Shown piece after piece: positions 36,701-50,700 of a DNA stretch of 64,000 nucleotides (the first letter of the stretch is position 1; each line of letters starts with the position of its first letter). The translations under genes were made by a program, and so were the position numbers. Source of the DNA: Lophium mytilinum (lineage: Eukaryota); the NCBI GenBank assembly GCA_010093605.1, contig MU004193.1:689520-753519 (forward strand). Direction: 5' to 3'. Below the pieces are notes generated by a model that worked only from the letters and a program-made list of their open reading frames with translations, ran no database searches and had not been told where the DNA came from.

Positions 36701-38262
36701 GCGTGGGAGCGTGCTTATAAAGCCGTTTCTAAAGCTATATTACCTAGCGGAAAAGTTACTTTAAAGCAGGTATAAATAAAGTTTTCTAGGCTCTAAAATT
36801 AGAAGTGGAATATTTAGAAGAAAATAATATATTAGCTAGAATAGTTAGAGAATAAAAATAGTTACCCTATCGCGAAGCCTAAAGTTATATATAATTACTT
36901 TACTTTCTATTTTAAAGCTTAAAAGTTTTACTATAAGCCCTTGTAATTTAAATACTAGTTAGAGAAGCTCTTTTTAGGCGACGATATAGGGGAATACGGC
37001 AATGCGTAGAATAAATATTAGTAGAATAGACTTTTATAGAGGCGAACGCGAGGTTTAGAAGAATAAAGAGGACTAGGGCGTAGTTAAATCCGCCTAAACT
37101 TCTAAGTAATACTATATAAATAAAGACTTTATTACTAACCCTATTATTAATTATCTATGTATTCTCTAAATAGGTTAGAAGTTATAATATAGCTATACTT
37201 AATAGTTTATAGTTATATAAAATGCGTACGCGCTAGTAGATCTTATAGAAGCTGTTTAGGTAGTATAGAACTTATTATAGTAGTTACTATATAAATATAC
37301 TAGAGATAGAATATAGTACTTTATATTATAGAATATTTCTTAGTTAGGCTTATAACTTACTATTTTAGAATTAACCCTACCTATCTACCTATGCACCTTC
37401 TTAAGCTACATTCTTAACGCTACCCAGCCTACTATTAAAATTTACTATCTAAGAGCCTCTGCAAGCGCTTAGTCTATACCAGCTAATATTATAATATAAG
37501 AGCGTGTTAGCTATTTAAGTAAATTTAAACTAGATAACAGCTTTACTAGTAGCTTTAGCATTTCTAGCCTTAGGAGTTCTAGAAGTCTCTAGATTAGGTA
37601 GTATTATTAGTAGCAGTAGCCTTATTAAAAGTAGTAGCATACGGGAGTCTTAGGGCCTTAGTAGTGTTAAAAGGTTTATCTTCTAATATAATCTATAATA
37701 CTACCTTATCTATAGATAGTCTATAAAGTAATGCCTTCTATTATTACTATATTCTTATATAGGTAAATCGCGCCCTATTTAGACTAATACTACTAGATAA
37801 TATAACTTTATAAATCTACTTATAAACCTACTCTTGCGCCTCCTCTATAATATTTATAAATGGACCTATCTACTATATAAGCTTTTAAATTACCTATAAT
37901 AGCTCTAATAGCCCTATTATATATATAGGTGCGGGGCTAATAGAATAGTAATAACTTGCTCTTAATAAGACTATTATATAGTAAAATAATAGATACTAAA
38001 TAAGAATTTAGTAGGTTCTATATTAGGCTTAGTATATCTTTAGTCTTACATTAGTATATATTATAATAAACCACTTAAATTCTTATCTAAGCTAGCTAAG
38101 GTAAGGCGGAGCTTGCCCCTTATATTCCTCTAATAAGCTAGTTGCGGTGTTTAGCTAGAAGTGGAGAAAATAATTTTAATTAACCTACTATTTAATAATA
38201 TAAAATAGTAATTAAAGTATATAATATACGCCTCTTTATAACCTAAAAACTTAATTATTATA

Positions 38263-38437
38263 TTCTAGAACTATAATAGTATATTTATAACTATTCTTAT
38301 TCTAGCACCCGTTCTACTATCTAATAGACGCATATTATAATGCTCTCCCTTCTAGAATATAATAGTATATTTATAACTATTCTTACCCTAGCACCCGTTC
38401 TACTATCTAATAGACGTATATTGCAATACTCTCTCTT
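38263..38437. repeat. Tandem duplication, ~87-bp unit x2
   Basis: TTCTAGAA(C)TATAATAGTATATTTATAACTATTCTTA..CTAGCACCCGTTCTACTATCTAATAGACG.. starts at 38263 and at 38350. Confidence 0.85.
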
Positions 38438-41400
38438 ATACCCTATTTCTTATAATATACACCTATTATATTAGGCTCTATATTATCTAGAATATAGTAT
38501 TTATTCTATATAAGGGTTAGGCTATCTTATATTAAGCCGGCGCTATTAATATAGATAGTACTACTACCTAGTAGATACTATTATAGCTCCGCCACAGTTC
38601 TAGTAGAAAGCTAATAGTAAGACTAGAAGGTATACTAGAATAGATATACCTATAGTAAGTATTATAGTAGAAAGAGAGTTAATAATTCCGCAAACTATAG
38701 AGTTAATAAGACTATTTAGACTAGCGTACTTCTACTATAGTATCTCTATAGTATACTAGATTACTTTATAACCCTTAATTCTACTTATCTAGTTAATAAC
38801 ACCCTTAACCTTATCTACGCACTATAAGAGAACCTAAGTTAGTTTATTTATTAATACTATAATAGTTAAAGAGATATATAGAAAGGTATCTTACTAAGTA
38901 GATTAGAAACTATAGTATATTAGCGCGGCGCTTTATATATACTTTTAGGGAAGCTTCTAGCAAGGAAAGAAATAACTTATAAATACTAAGGTAAGGAATT
39001 CTAATTAGATTTTAGTAAAGATAGTAAGAATGCTAATACTCTATATCCCTAAAAGTTAAGAAATATATACTACTTAGGCGACGCAGCATAAAAAGTATAA
39101 GGTACTAAATCCTATAGATTAAAGTATACTTACGTTAAAAGGTGCTAACTAGATAGCTAACATGCGGTAAAATTTTAGTAAGCACGCGCAGCTAGTAGTA
39201 TGTAGCTAAAACTATAATAAGCCGACTTTAGTCTTCTATAGGTATAATAACTAGAAACTAGGCCGCTATATATCCCTCTAGTTTAATAAGAGATAGTAAT
39301 AGTAAAGTGCCTTAAAAACTAATGCGTAATATTTATACTTAACTTAGAATAACGCCCTTAAGCCTAGTAGTAGACTAAGACTTATTTATAGAGTTTTAAA
39401 TAGGTTATCTAAATATAGAAGAAGTAAGCTAAATAAATACTAGGTAGACGCTTAAGCTTTAGGTTAGTTATTACCGCGGGTATAGGTGCAGGAGATATAC
39501 CCTAAATAAATAATACTATATTCTTTATTATTATTGCATATAGGTTAGTAAGAGTAAGACTCTAATTATTAGTTATGCGCCTTACCTATAAGTGTTTACT
39601 CTAATAATTAAGCTGCTAATTAGAAACATAATTAAGACTTCGCCCTTCTTAAAGCCGGACCCTAGAAAAGGGTCCCCCGCACTATATTAACTAGCCGCTT
39701 AGCTAGTAGAATATAAGAAGAGGTAACTTATAGGCATAATATTATTACTTATATTAGGGGGTCTTATAGATAGAATTAATTAAGTAATATAGATATTAAT
39801 ATAAGTATAGGGCCTAATAGCGGGGGAGATATATAATGCCTGTAAGGCGCATATAAGGCTTATATAAGGCTACTGCAACTCTATAGAAGTTATAAAACTA
39901 GGCCTCTTAGAAGCGGCTGCACTCTCTTTATATAGTTAGTGCTAAAGCTTAAATACTCTTATACTTTTTCTTTTTTTACTATAGGCCTTAGGCTGTAGGG
40001 CAGGTTATATATACTATTAGAGGTAGATAATTATATTTTATAATTATAATTATAAAGCATGCGTAGATAGTATATTCCCCCTAATATATTAAAATTCTTA
40101 AATAAGCCTCTAATTACTAGGGTATAGAAAGTAATAACTATAGCAGCGGTACTATAAGTAAGCTCTGCACGGAGGCTAAAGCTAGTAAGCTTAACCGTTG
40201 CTATAGAGTAGAGTTTTCTATTAGCGGGCCTTAAAAAACTAATATAATCTATTATATATTAGTTTTAGAAATATTAGGGGATCTTCTAACTATAAATAAA
40301 TTATAGAGCTTAGATATTAGCAAGGTGCCTAAGAAGTATAAACTCTATCTTAATAATAGGAATTCTAAGGTGGAAGTTAATAAGCATAGGGGTTAATAGG
40401 AGAGCTGTTACCCCCTAAATTACTAGAAGAAATGTTTAAAATGCCTAAAATTCTAAATTTAAGTTAAGAAATACTAAAATAAGGTCGCTTTATATAGCTC
40501 TAAGTATTTAGGTTTTAGTATTTCTTTCTTACTACTAAGTTCTTAATATTAGAAGTCTTATCGCGACCCCATTTTAAAGGATCTAATTAGTTAATTAACC
40601 CGCGGAGGAGGGGGTAGTAATAGTTCTCCTATCGGCCCCTATGCAATTTAAAAGAATTTATTAAAATATATAGCTCTTATATAGTTAAGTACTTACTTAG
40701 AAAAGGGGTTTTATAATTAGCGGTCTATTTAGCACGCAATTATAAGAAAATAGAGATTAATAATAAAGAGTATAGAGATAATAGAGATAATAAAGATAAA
40801 TACTATAATAATAATAGTAATAACAGCGCGGATTTTATAGACAGCGATCTAGGTAATAAGACCTTTAAGGGAGATAATAATAATAAAGATATTTATACTA
40901 AAGAGGAGAATATTCTCTTCTTATTTCTATATATAAATCTGTAGGGAGCGAGTCTCTAAGATATAACTAAACTAAGAATTCCACTAGACTACGCTATTAC
41001 TAATACTACTATTACTACTACTATTATAACCGCTATAAGATTAACACTAATAATAAAAAGCGTAATCTAGTTAATAAGTATAATAATATTCTATTCCTAT
41101 TTATAGATATAGAAATCCGGTTATATATAGAGTAAGCCTCTAAGATATAACTAAACTAAAATATTCTCTATAATTATATAACTATACTACGCTTACTACT
41201 ACCGCTACTATTACTACCGTAAGAGTAGTAGCTAACTAATAACTATAACTATAGGGCTTATCTTTAGTTAGTAATATTAGACTATAAAGCTCCTATTTAG
41301 TTAGCAACATTAAAAGTTTAATACTAGTTAATAACGTCCAGTATTTAAAGGGAGTTAGTAATGTTAATCTCTAACTATAGAGCGCCTCTACTATTAGTAA

Positions 41401-43042
41401 TATTAAGTATTTATTACTAGTTAGCATTATTAAGCTTATAAGGCTAGTTACTTAATTAAATACTATAATATAGTAGTATTTTATATATTTAAGTGCCGTA
41501 AATTAACCCTTTCTAAGAAATACTATTAGAGAAGAAATACTAGTAGCAGTAGAGTATCTATAGTGCGGTTGTCTAGGGTTTATAGTATACTTGCAAGATA
41601 AAGCTATTTTAACTTATTATTAAAGAAGTTAGAGAAGTCTTTTAGATTCTATCCTAAATTTTTAGAAATAGTATCTAAATAATTAGAACTCTTATTATAA
41701 CGCTTCTACTTGCTATTAAGTTGCTTCTAATTAATTTACTCTACTTTAAATTATTGCTGGGCTATATTAAGTTAACTCTAATAGGTATAGAGCCTTCTTA
41801 TAGAAAAGCGTCTTAAAATAGCTTATAGATTAAGTCTTTATTATAAATATATAACGCATGTAAGGCGTATATATTTATACTAGTATAACTAGTCTCTTAG
41901 CTTATCTAACTATAATTATATTTAATATTAGTGTAACCTATATAAGATATATTAAAGTGGCTTTCTAATTCTACGTAGTAATCTAGATTAGTACTAATAT
42001 TCTAGTAATCTCTCTATAGGCCCATGCCTTATAATAATTAGATAGTAATAAGTATAAAGTCTACTATTAGGGATAGTAAGATAAAAATAGCGTTCCGGAA
42101 TAAGATAGAAATAGTATATATTATCTACTTTTATTAAAACCTTAGAAGCACTATAAGTGCGGAAAATTACACTTCTTAGTATAGAATACTAATATAGAGA
42201 TAGTAGTTCTCTATACTATATATAAGATATTATAACTTTTACTTTTTATTATATTTCTACACTATATATAAGCTACTATAATAGGGCTAGTGCTATATTT
42301 TTAATCTTACCTATATAATAGCTATACTAAGGCTAGCTATATAGGCTATAGTATATTAAATCTAATACTAGGTAAGATTATATGCTAGTATACTAGACCG
42401 TAATTACGCTCCTCTTCTAGTAGAGTAGGTTTACTACTTAGTTATAAGGCCGTAACCTAGCCTTTAAGATAGGTAATAGTTTAAGATACTATATTCTTAG
42501 CGGTAAATATTTTATAATACTAGGAAATGCTACCTAGAAGTTAGCGTTTAGTATATCTTTCTTATAATGCCTATCTAGATATAAAAGTAAGATATAAAAG
42601 TAAGATATATCTATAGAAAAGATAAGTATAAATATTATGTAGAGAAGAAGATAGTCTATTAGAATAATAACTAAAGATAGATTAAGTAGTATAAGGCCTA
42701 ATTTACTAGCGCGTTAGAAGGGTAAGAGTAAGAGTAAGAGAGCACCTTACTCTACCTAAAGTTTTGCTTTCTTAGCTTAATACTAGCGTAGGCCTTAGTA
42801 TAGGGGCCCTGGAGAGTATTAATAATATAGCTATCTATATTATATAGATATATTATACTAGATATATATACTTTTATTATACTACTATAAGTAAAGTATA
42901 TTAGACTGCTCTAGAAACTTAATTAGCGGAGCTATAGCTAAGGTTATTCTAATTAATAGTCCATTCCTAGCATATAATTAGAGGACCCCTAGTTTAGCCC
43001 GGTCTATTATATAGTCTAGAGAACTAACATAATATATACCTA

Positions 43043-43098
43043 CCTCTCTACTTTAATCTCTCTACCTTAACCTCTCTACCTTAACCTCTCTACCTTAA
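43043..43098. repeat. 14-bp minisatellite (CCTCTCTACCTTAA) x4
   Basis: Read directly from the sequence. Confidence 0.85.
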
Positions 43099-43329
43099 AT
43101 AATAGTAATCTTGCGCTATAGACGCCTATATTTAGTACTAAAGAAGTACTTCTACTCTATTTACTTATAGTAGCGTAAGGTATAAGTTACTAACTACTCT
43201 CTAACTTTATTAGCAATTAAGGAGCTATCTTAAAGCGCGATGTCTTTTTAATCCTCTACTTTTTACCTAGTATTATCTACTTATTTAAGTTTAGTAGAGT
43301 TAATATAGCTATATTATGTAATAGAGAAT

Positions 43330-45410
43330 TTCTAGTAAATATACTCTATATAGAACGCTTTTAGTAAGTTAAATAGTGCAGTTACGCCACGCTAAATAGC
43401 CCTAAGCTATTGCTAGGCGAGGTAAAGAAAACTATAGGTTAGAATGCTAGAGAATAGTAGTTTATTAGCGGACCTTAGCAGCGCTAATATATTGCATTTT
43501 ATATTATAATCTACGTAGTAGATACCTTATATATTAAACTTATACTAAACTTTACTTAAGAATAGAAGTAAGAAGATTAAGACTTAGCTATTAGTATTAC
43601 CCGTTTCTCTAGACTTCTATAGTTAGCCTATTAGCTAGACCCCAGCCGGTTACTATATAGAATGCCTGCATTTTTACTTTCTAAAGTAATATAGCGGGTG
43701 TAGTAGTATACTAAGAGCTAAGGTCTATATATTAATCTATAGATATAGATTAAGTTCTCTTATTAAATACTAAAGACTATATACTCTACTTTACTTATAG
43801 TACCTATAGAATATACTCCGCACTTTATAGCCTACTAAACCGCTATAGAATTATATTAGTACTTTTAGAAATACGCTTACGGTCTAAAGCTATAATTACG
43901 GTTTAATTTTATAGGGTTGCAGCCTCGTCTCGCTAACTTTAAACTTATTCTAGAGTCTAATACTAATAGGCAATTCTTTATTTAATATAAGCTTAATAGC
44001 TAAAAGAGAAATATTTACTTACTACTAAATAATATTATAATTAGGTAATATAGCGGGACAGGCGCAAAGAATATAGAAGATAGGGAGGAGAAGATTAGAT
44101 ACTACTTTATAGCATTTAAATAGTATATCCCGCTTACACCTTCTTATTATCTAGCTATAGCTAATACTGCTTTTTAATATATAGCTTTAATTTCCTCTTC
44201 TACTAGTTTAACTTATCTAGCCCGGGTAAACCGGTTACAACCTAGTGTTTTTTTATTTCTAAGCGAGAAATTTCTAATAATTTTTACACTACCCTATCTA
44301 TTAAGGCTAGCTTTACGCTTCTAGAGTTTAAAAAGTACTAGATTAAACTAGACTATAGTAGGTAATAGGTTAAGCGCGTGCTTAAGATAGTTCTAGAAAA
44401 CCCTAGCCCTTATTATACTAGAATCCGGCTAATTTACCCCGCTAGTATTAAGTAATTAGACCTATTATATATTAGCGCGGAATTAAAGTCTTAGTATATA
44501 GATGCTGCCGGTAATAATTTAATATTAGTATAGCGGATATAAATTATAAATCTTAGCTATTATAGCTTCTTTTAAGGGTTAATATAGTATTATATAAGTA
44601 GGTAAGATAAGTTTATAGTAGCTATTAAACTACTCTAATAAGGCTAGATATTCTAGCCTTATAGTTATACTTACTAATAACTATTCTATAGGTAATTTTA
44701 GATTCTATAGATATAACTAGATATAAAAGTAGTAGGAAGATTTTTAGAGGACTAGAAGGCCGCCGTAGACCCTATCTAAACTATCTTTAAATACTTCTCT
44801 AGTCTATCTATAGTACTAAGTATAAGTAGCTATAGATATATTTCTTAGCCTAGTACTTACTTTTACTAAGTTTTATCGCCTAAATAGCTTCTTAGTTCCG
44901 CGCCTTCTTATCTAGAACGCTATAGGCCTTAATAATAAAAAAGAGCCGCTATTAGTTATAATCCTGTCTAAAGATATTTAACCTACTCTTAACTAGAGAG
45001 CACTATACTAGTAGATAGGTTAAGGATTTAAAAAAGATTAGCCTATAAGAATACCTAAGATAACCTTTCTTCTTTCTTTAAAACTACTAGTATCTTAGTA
45101 TACTATTAGAAATAGCGGACCGCTTACCTATAGTATAAAGAGCTAGATAGCTAATATCTAGAATATACTTAACGGCTTTATAAAAGCTCTTATAGTTAAG
45201 TATCCGCTAGGCTATACCTATAATACCTTACTATATCGGCCGGCCTTATTTATATTATAGTAATAACTCGCGGATAAGTATAAGACTAGCCTAGAGGATA
45301 ATAGTAATAGTAATATAGACGTTAAAGAAGGGAATAGTAGAGAGATTTAAATTAAGACTACGCTAGCTATAGAAAGAATAAGATTAGCCTCTTTAGGCCT
45401 AGTAAGTTAG
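43330..45410 (+). pseudogene. Large RIPped ORF relic, unknown product, acidic C-terminal end
   Basis: Long codon-like frames broken by TAA/TAG only. GAG GAT AAT AGT AAT AGT AAT ATA GAC GTT AAA GAA near 45295-45330 de-RIPs to an acidic tract. Confidence 0.35.
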
Positions 45411-46879
45411 GTAATTATTTATATCTACGCAGCGCTCTAAGCTACTTTAACCTATTTACTAGTATTATTTCTTCTAATTCTTTACCCTAGCCACTATAGA
45501 CCTACTCTATATTATTACTATTGCGTTTATTCTTTTCTTTATAATTGCGTCTACTAATTAGAGTTGTAATATCTTTATAATAGCCTACCGAAACTTAATA
45601 TAAATACTAGGGGCCTTACTCTCTTAGCTCTAGCCTTTAACTATGTAAGTGCTTATCGCCTTTATTAAAGTAAGTATTAGAAAGATTATAGAGGTCTAGT
45701 GTCTTTTATTTACGCTATTCTATAACTTAGCTAACTAGCTTATTAGTAATACTACTACTATATAGCAAGATGCTAGGCTAAGTAATAGAAAACTATTATT
45801 CTATAAGAGTAACTCTAATAATTAGGTATAGAATTTTTATATACAAGACCCTCTAGAAATACTAACTAAGGCGCGGTAGCAATGCGCTAGCACTATAAAA
45901 GAAGGTAAATAATGCTATAAGATAGAACGGGTAGAAGCCGGTAATAAGTAACTATATAGATATTACTATTATCTAATTTAAATAGCCTTCTGCGGCATTC
46001 TTTAATCTTTTACCGTTAATACTAGTAATAGTAAAGCATTTTAAAGAAAAACCGCGTTAATACTTTAGAAAGGCTATACTCTAGTCTAAGTCTAACTCTA
46101 TTAATTCCTATATTAACGCCTTTAAATAGAATTCTTAAAGCTATATTATATACATCTATAGATTTATTATAATATCTATAATAACCTAATTATTACTACT
46201 ATTCCTATAGTTTATAGTTAGATTACCCCCTTACTTACTGCGTAGAGTGCATGCATATAATCTATTAAGCATTTAAAGGCCCTTAAAGAGTTATATTTAG
46301 TATTAATATCTCCTCTTATTATCTAATATTCGCTTTATTATCCTCTTAGTTCTAATATCTATTAATTAGACTCTATTATTAGCTTTTAGTGTACTATTTC
46401 TATAGCATAGCTTCTAAGATTATAATAGATAAGTAATAAAAGATATAGTCGCGTTCTTTTATAAAACCTTTAAATAAACTAAATAAACTACCTGCAAGCC
46501 TTCTAAACTACGTACTAAAGGCTTTACACTTCTACCTATAGCTCCGCGTTACTTTCTTAGTTTATTAGTACTAACTAGTAGATAAAAACTTTTCTATAGT
46601 TTTTATATAAGTAATTATTATAGTTTATAGGCGTAATTAATAAGGCACTAAGTAGTTATTAAATAAGTAAACTACTTTTACTTCTAGAATAAGTATTTAT
46701 AATATAAGAATGTAGTGTAATATCTAAGCAGTCCTAGTAGCCTAGTATTAGTTCTTTATTACCTTACCTACTAGATAAGTATAATAGTATAAGATTCTAT
46801 ATACTAGCTACCTAGATACCTATATTCTATATACTAGCTACCTATATACTAATAATCTACTAGCTATCTAGATACTTAT

Positions 46880-47770
46880 AATGTCTAAAAATATATTAAG
46901 AGAAGATATAGAGATAGGCGCACTAGGTTTATTCTTATACGCATTTCTAGTCTCCCGCCTAAGCTAATCTAGAATAGAAGGTAAAAACCCCGCCTATAAA
47001 ACTATCTTAATAGTATAATATATAGAATTAATAATTAATCTAGTTAATTCCCTATAAGAAGCGCGCTAGTATATTAAGGGATTGCATGCACTATTAGGGT
47101 CTATAGAGTAAGCTACCCTTACCTAAGGTAATATTACTTTAGAAGTTATAGTACTGTGCGCTCTAGCCCCCTAAGATATACTAAGCTAAATAATACTAGA
47201 ATAATAGGCATCTTATAGAAGGGTATATAGTGCTATTTATAATACTCTTAAATATACTATAGATCTTATATAAGGCGTAAACTTAAAAAAGTATATAGAA
47301 GGGCTAGATACCTAGAGGCTTAAGCTAGTAAATGCGTATAAAATTATTAGCGGAGATTTCTCTATTATAGCTTAGGAGCGGCGAAAGGCTACTATAAAGA
47401 CGCGCGCTCTAGCCGCCTAAAATATTCTAAATTTAAGTATACTAGAATAACTAGCAGCTTATAGATAGGTATATAGTACTATTTATAGTACTCTAGAATT
47501 TACTATAGATTTTATGCAGGGCGTAAACTTAGAAGAGTATATAAAAGAGCTAGAAGTTTAGAGGCTTAAGCTAGCGGAGGCCTATAAAATTACCCGCAGA
47601 GATTTTATACTTATAGCTTAGAATTAACTAAAGGTTTTTAGAAAGAAGAATAAGTCTTAGCCTAAATACTAAGGAAGAACTTAAGACTTAAAGAGAAGGC
47701 TATATAATAGAGTAGATATCGCGCAAGATACTAGAGGAGGACTTAAGACTTAGAGGGAAGACTATATAGT
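46880..47770 (+). pseudogene. RIPped gene relic containing a tandem 82-codon (246-bp) helical repeat
   Basis: GCTCTAGCC at 47160 and 47406. In-frame de-RIP units ..ALAxQ..LEQxAxYRxVYxxIYxTLExTxDxMQGVNLEEYxxxLxxQRLELxxAYEIxxxDFxxIAQ. Confidence 0.65.
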
Positions 47771-50700
47771 AGATTATTAGTTATAGTTATAATTTTCTAG
47801 ATATAAATAAAATTAGAATCTAGAAACCTTAAATGCTATTTTTATAAAAGATTAGCTAAGTTAGTATAGTAATCTAGTATTTAGTAACGTGCCTCTCTTT
47901 AGTATTAAAATCGGCCTATAGATAAATTAAGCTTACCTAGTTTTTAGCCTATATTTAGATATATAAGCGTAATTACTAACTATAATAATCTTAAATACTT
48001 AGTTATTATAGAGACTAATTAGCCCTAGTAGGCTACTTATAGCCTTTCTAGCTGCGCAGCCTACTCTTCCGTTAGCGGCGACCTTAATACTACCCGCTTA
48101 CGCCGCGCCGCTATAGCAGGTGTAGAAGATAATAGAAAAGGCAGTGCTCTACCTCTACCTAGTAGCGGGGTTAGTAGTAATAATAGCGTAGAGTTATATT
48201 AATCTCTATCTTCTATCTCTTTATATTACGCGGTATTATTCTACTATACTATCTCTTATTAAAACGCGCGCTTTCTATTTATTACTATAGCCTTACGCGT
48301 AGCCTTCTAGACTACCTAAGCCTTACGCGCAGCCTTCTTAACGGCCTAACCCTTAAGTAATAGCCTATTTCTTATATTTCTAGCCGCCTTAGCTAAAAGA
48401 TCTATATATAATCTTACGGCGATATTAATAGTAGTCTAGCTAGTACTAAAGCGCCTAATTCTCTTACTTCTAGTATTAAGTTCTTAGGCGTAGCTATAGT
48501 ACTACATCCTACTTCTACTCTACTTTCTTCTCTTTCTTACTATTTCTAGTTACTAACGGGTGTATAGGGCTTTAGGTATTATTATTAAAGGTTACACCGC
48601 GTAGGGCGGTAATAGTAGAGAACTATACTATTCCCGCAATTAAGTAGTAGAAGAGCGTAAGACGCGTAGCGCATACTATAGAAGTTAAGTAAGTAGCGGT
48701 ATAAAGAGGCACGCCTATAGTCCGCTAAGGGAGAAGTATAAAAGATAGAATAATATCTAGAAGTAGAATAAGGCGGCAGTAAAAGAGAGTAGAGAATAAG
48801 AAAAGAATAAGAGAAGAATAAGGGCTATATATATAGTTAAGAGATATAGAAGAGGCCTAGGTTACTAAAAGTTAAGTAAGTAGAACTATAAGAAGGGTTA
48901 GAATAGTAAGTAAGTCTAAGGGGAGAAGTAGAGTAGTAAGGAGTATAGAGGCTTAAAGGCCTAAAATCTATATAATAGTACTAGAATACTAGAAATTATT
49001 AGTATATAAGCTCTTATATATATATAAGAGGCCTTACTATTAAATAGTTTAGGTATATTAAAAAGGTTTTAGATAAAGAGGTTCTCTATCTATAATTTTA
49101 AGCGCTTATATAAAATTAGAAGGGTATATAGGCGGAAGAAATACTAAGAAATATATGCTCCGCCCCTTAGTATATATACTTAGCTTACTTCTACCCCTTA
49201 CTTACTATCTTAATCCGCCTCTTAAACTACTCTAATTACGTAGTTACTAAGACTACTATACTATATACTAGTGTGGCTAGTATAATATAGTTAATTTTAG
49301 TTAATATATCTATATAAATTAGTATTATATAATATAATTAAATCTATCTAGCTAAAGTTCTAAATCTCTTAGCTCTAAACGCCTATCTACTTCTAATTAT
49401 TACTACCTCTTATTACTATAACTCTTACGCTATTTCCCCTAATTCTATTATAGCACCGCTAAAGCCTCTCTATTAACTCTAACGCTAATATTAATACCGC
49501 CGCGCGCCTAACACCTTATAAGAATACTATTTAGCTATAATAGTAATTAAGATTAGGGGAAATATAGTCTTAGGGTCTTTAAACGCAGTTAAGTTACTCT
49601 TAAATCTAGGTACTAGTATTAGGAATTCCTCTTAAGAGAAAGCTTTAGATATATGTAATTATTTAAGTTCCCTTACTAGAAAATAAGTTTAAGGAGACTA
49701 AAGGCGTAAGGTAGATATAAGAGTAAGGTAAAGAGACCTAGGTTCTTTTATCCCTAATATATAATATATAATTTCTAGTAGATTAGGTAATTAATATAGC
49801 TATAGAGCAACTTTAAATTAAAGGGTAGCGGTAAGTATTCTATGTAGTAGTGCACCTAAGTAGAGAGTAAGCTAGAGTTTACTTAAGTAGAGAATACAGC
49901 GTTAGTCTAATAGGAAAATATAATAAGATAATACTACATTATTTATTATATTATAATTTAAAAGGATAAGATTTAACTAAAGATATTTATTAAATAACTA
50001 ATTAGAGCTTTTCTAGATACCTTAACTAATATTTAGAAATTAATAGCATAAATAACGGCAGCCCTAATAGCAGGGTCTAATACTCTAATTATAATAGACC
50101 CCCTTAGCCTAATAGTTATCTAGTAGTATAATATCTATTCTAAATCTAATAAAAGACTCTATATAGAGTATCTACTAAGTTATAAGTATTATCTATTATA
50201 ATAACTACGGGCTTATACTTCTTCTAGATCTAGCTATTATCCTTTCTATCTTTTAAAGCCTTCCGGTAATACGCCCTTTTTACTATATTCTAGTTGTTCT
50301 TTAACTAATTCGCCCGCGAACATAAGCTATCTATAATAGCAGTATCTACTTTACCCTTAAGCGCTAATATTCTTATATAAATTTCTTAGAAGTAGGCCTA
50401 TAGAACTTTTAATCTTATACTATATACTAGTAGAAATAACTCTTTATTATACTTAAAGCTATTAAGAGTAACTAGCTAGAATCTATATCTCTAGGCGGAG
50501 GCTTAGTAACGTTTAGTAACTAAACACTAGGGCTTATCCCGGGCTTTATAATATAGTTTAATCGCAATTCTACTACTATAGTAAAGGTAGTTCTTCTACT
50601 AAATAAAAGCAGCCTAAATATAGGGTGCCTTAAGAATATCTAGGCGCTTTAGATAAAGGATAAGCTTAAAATCTAGCGTTTTAGAATTACCCTAGGTAAG

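Noticed and set aside
45750..46050. Possible zinc-binding N-terminus of a RecQ/telomere-linked helicase (AMRQHY..C..)
   Set aside because: Only a weak partial pattern, and no helicase motifs were found downstream.
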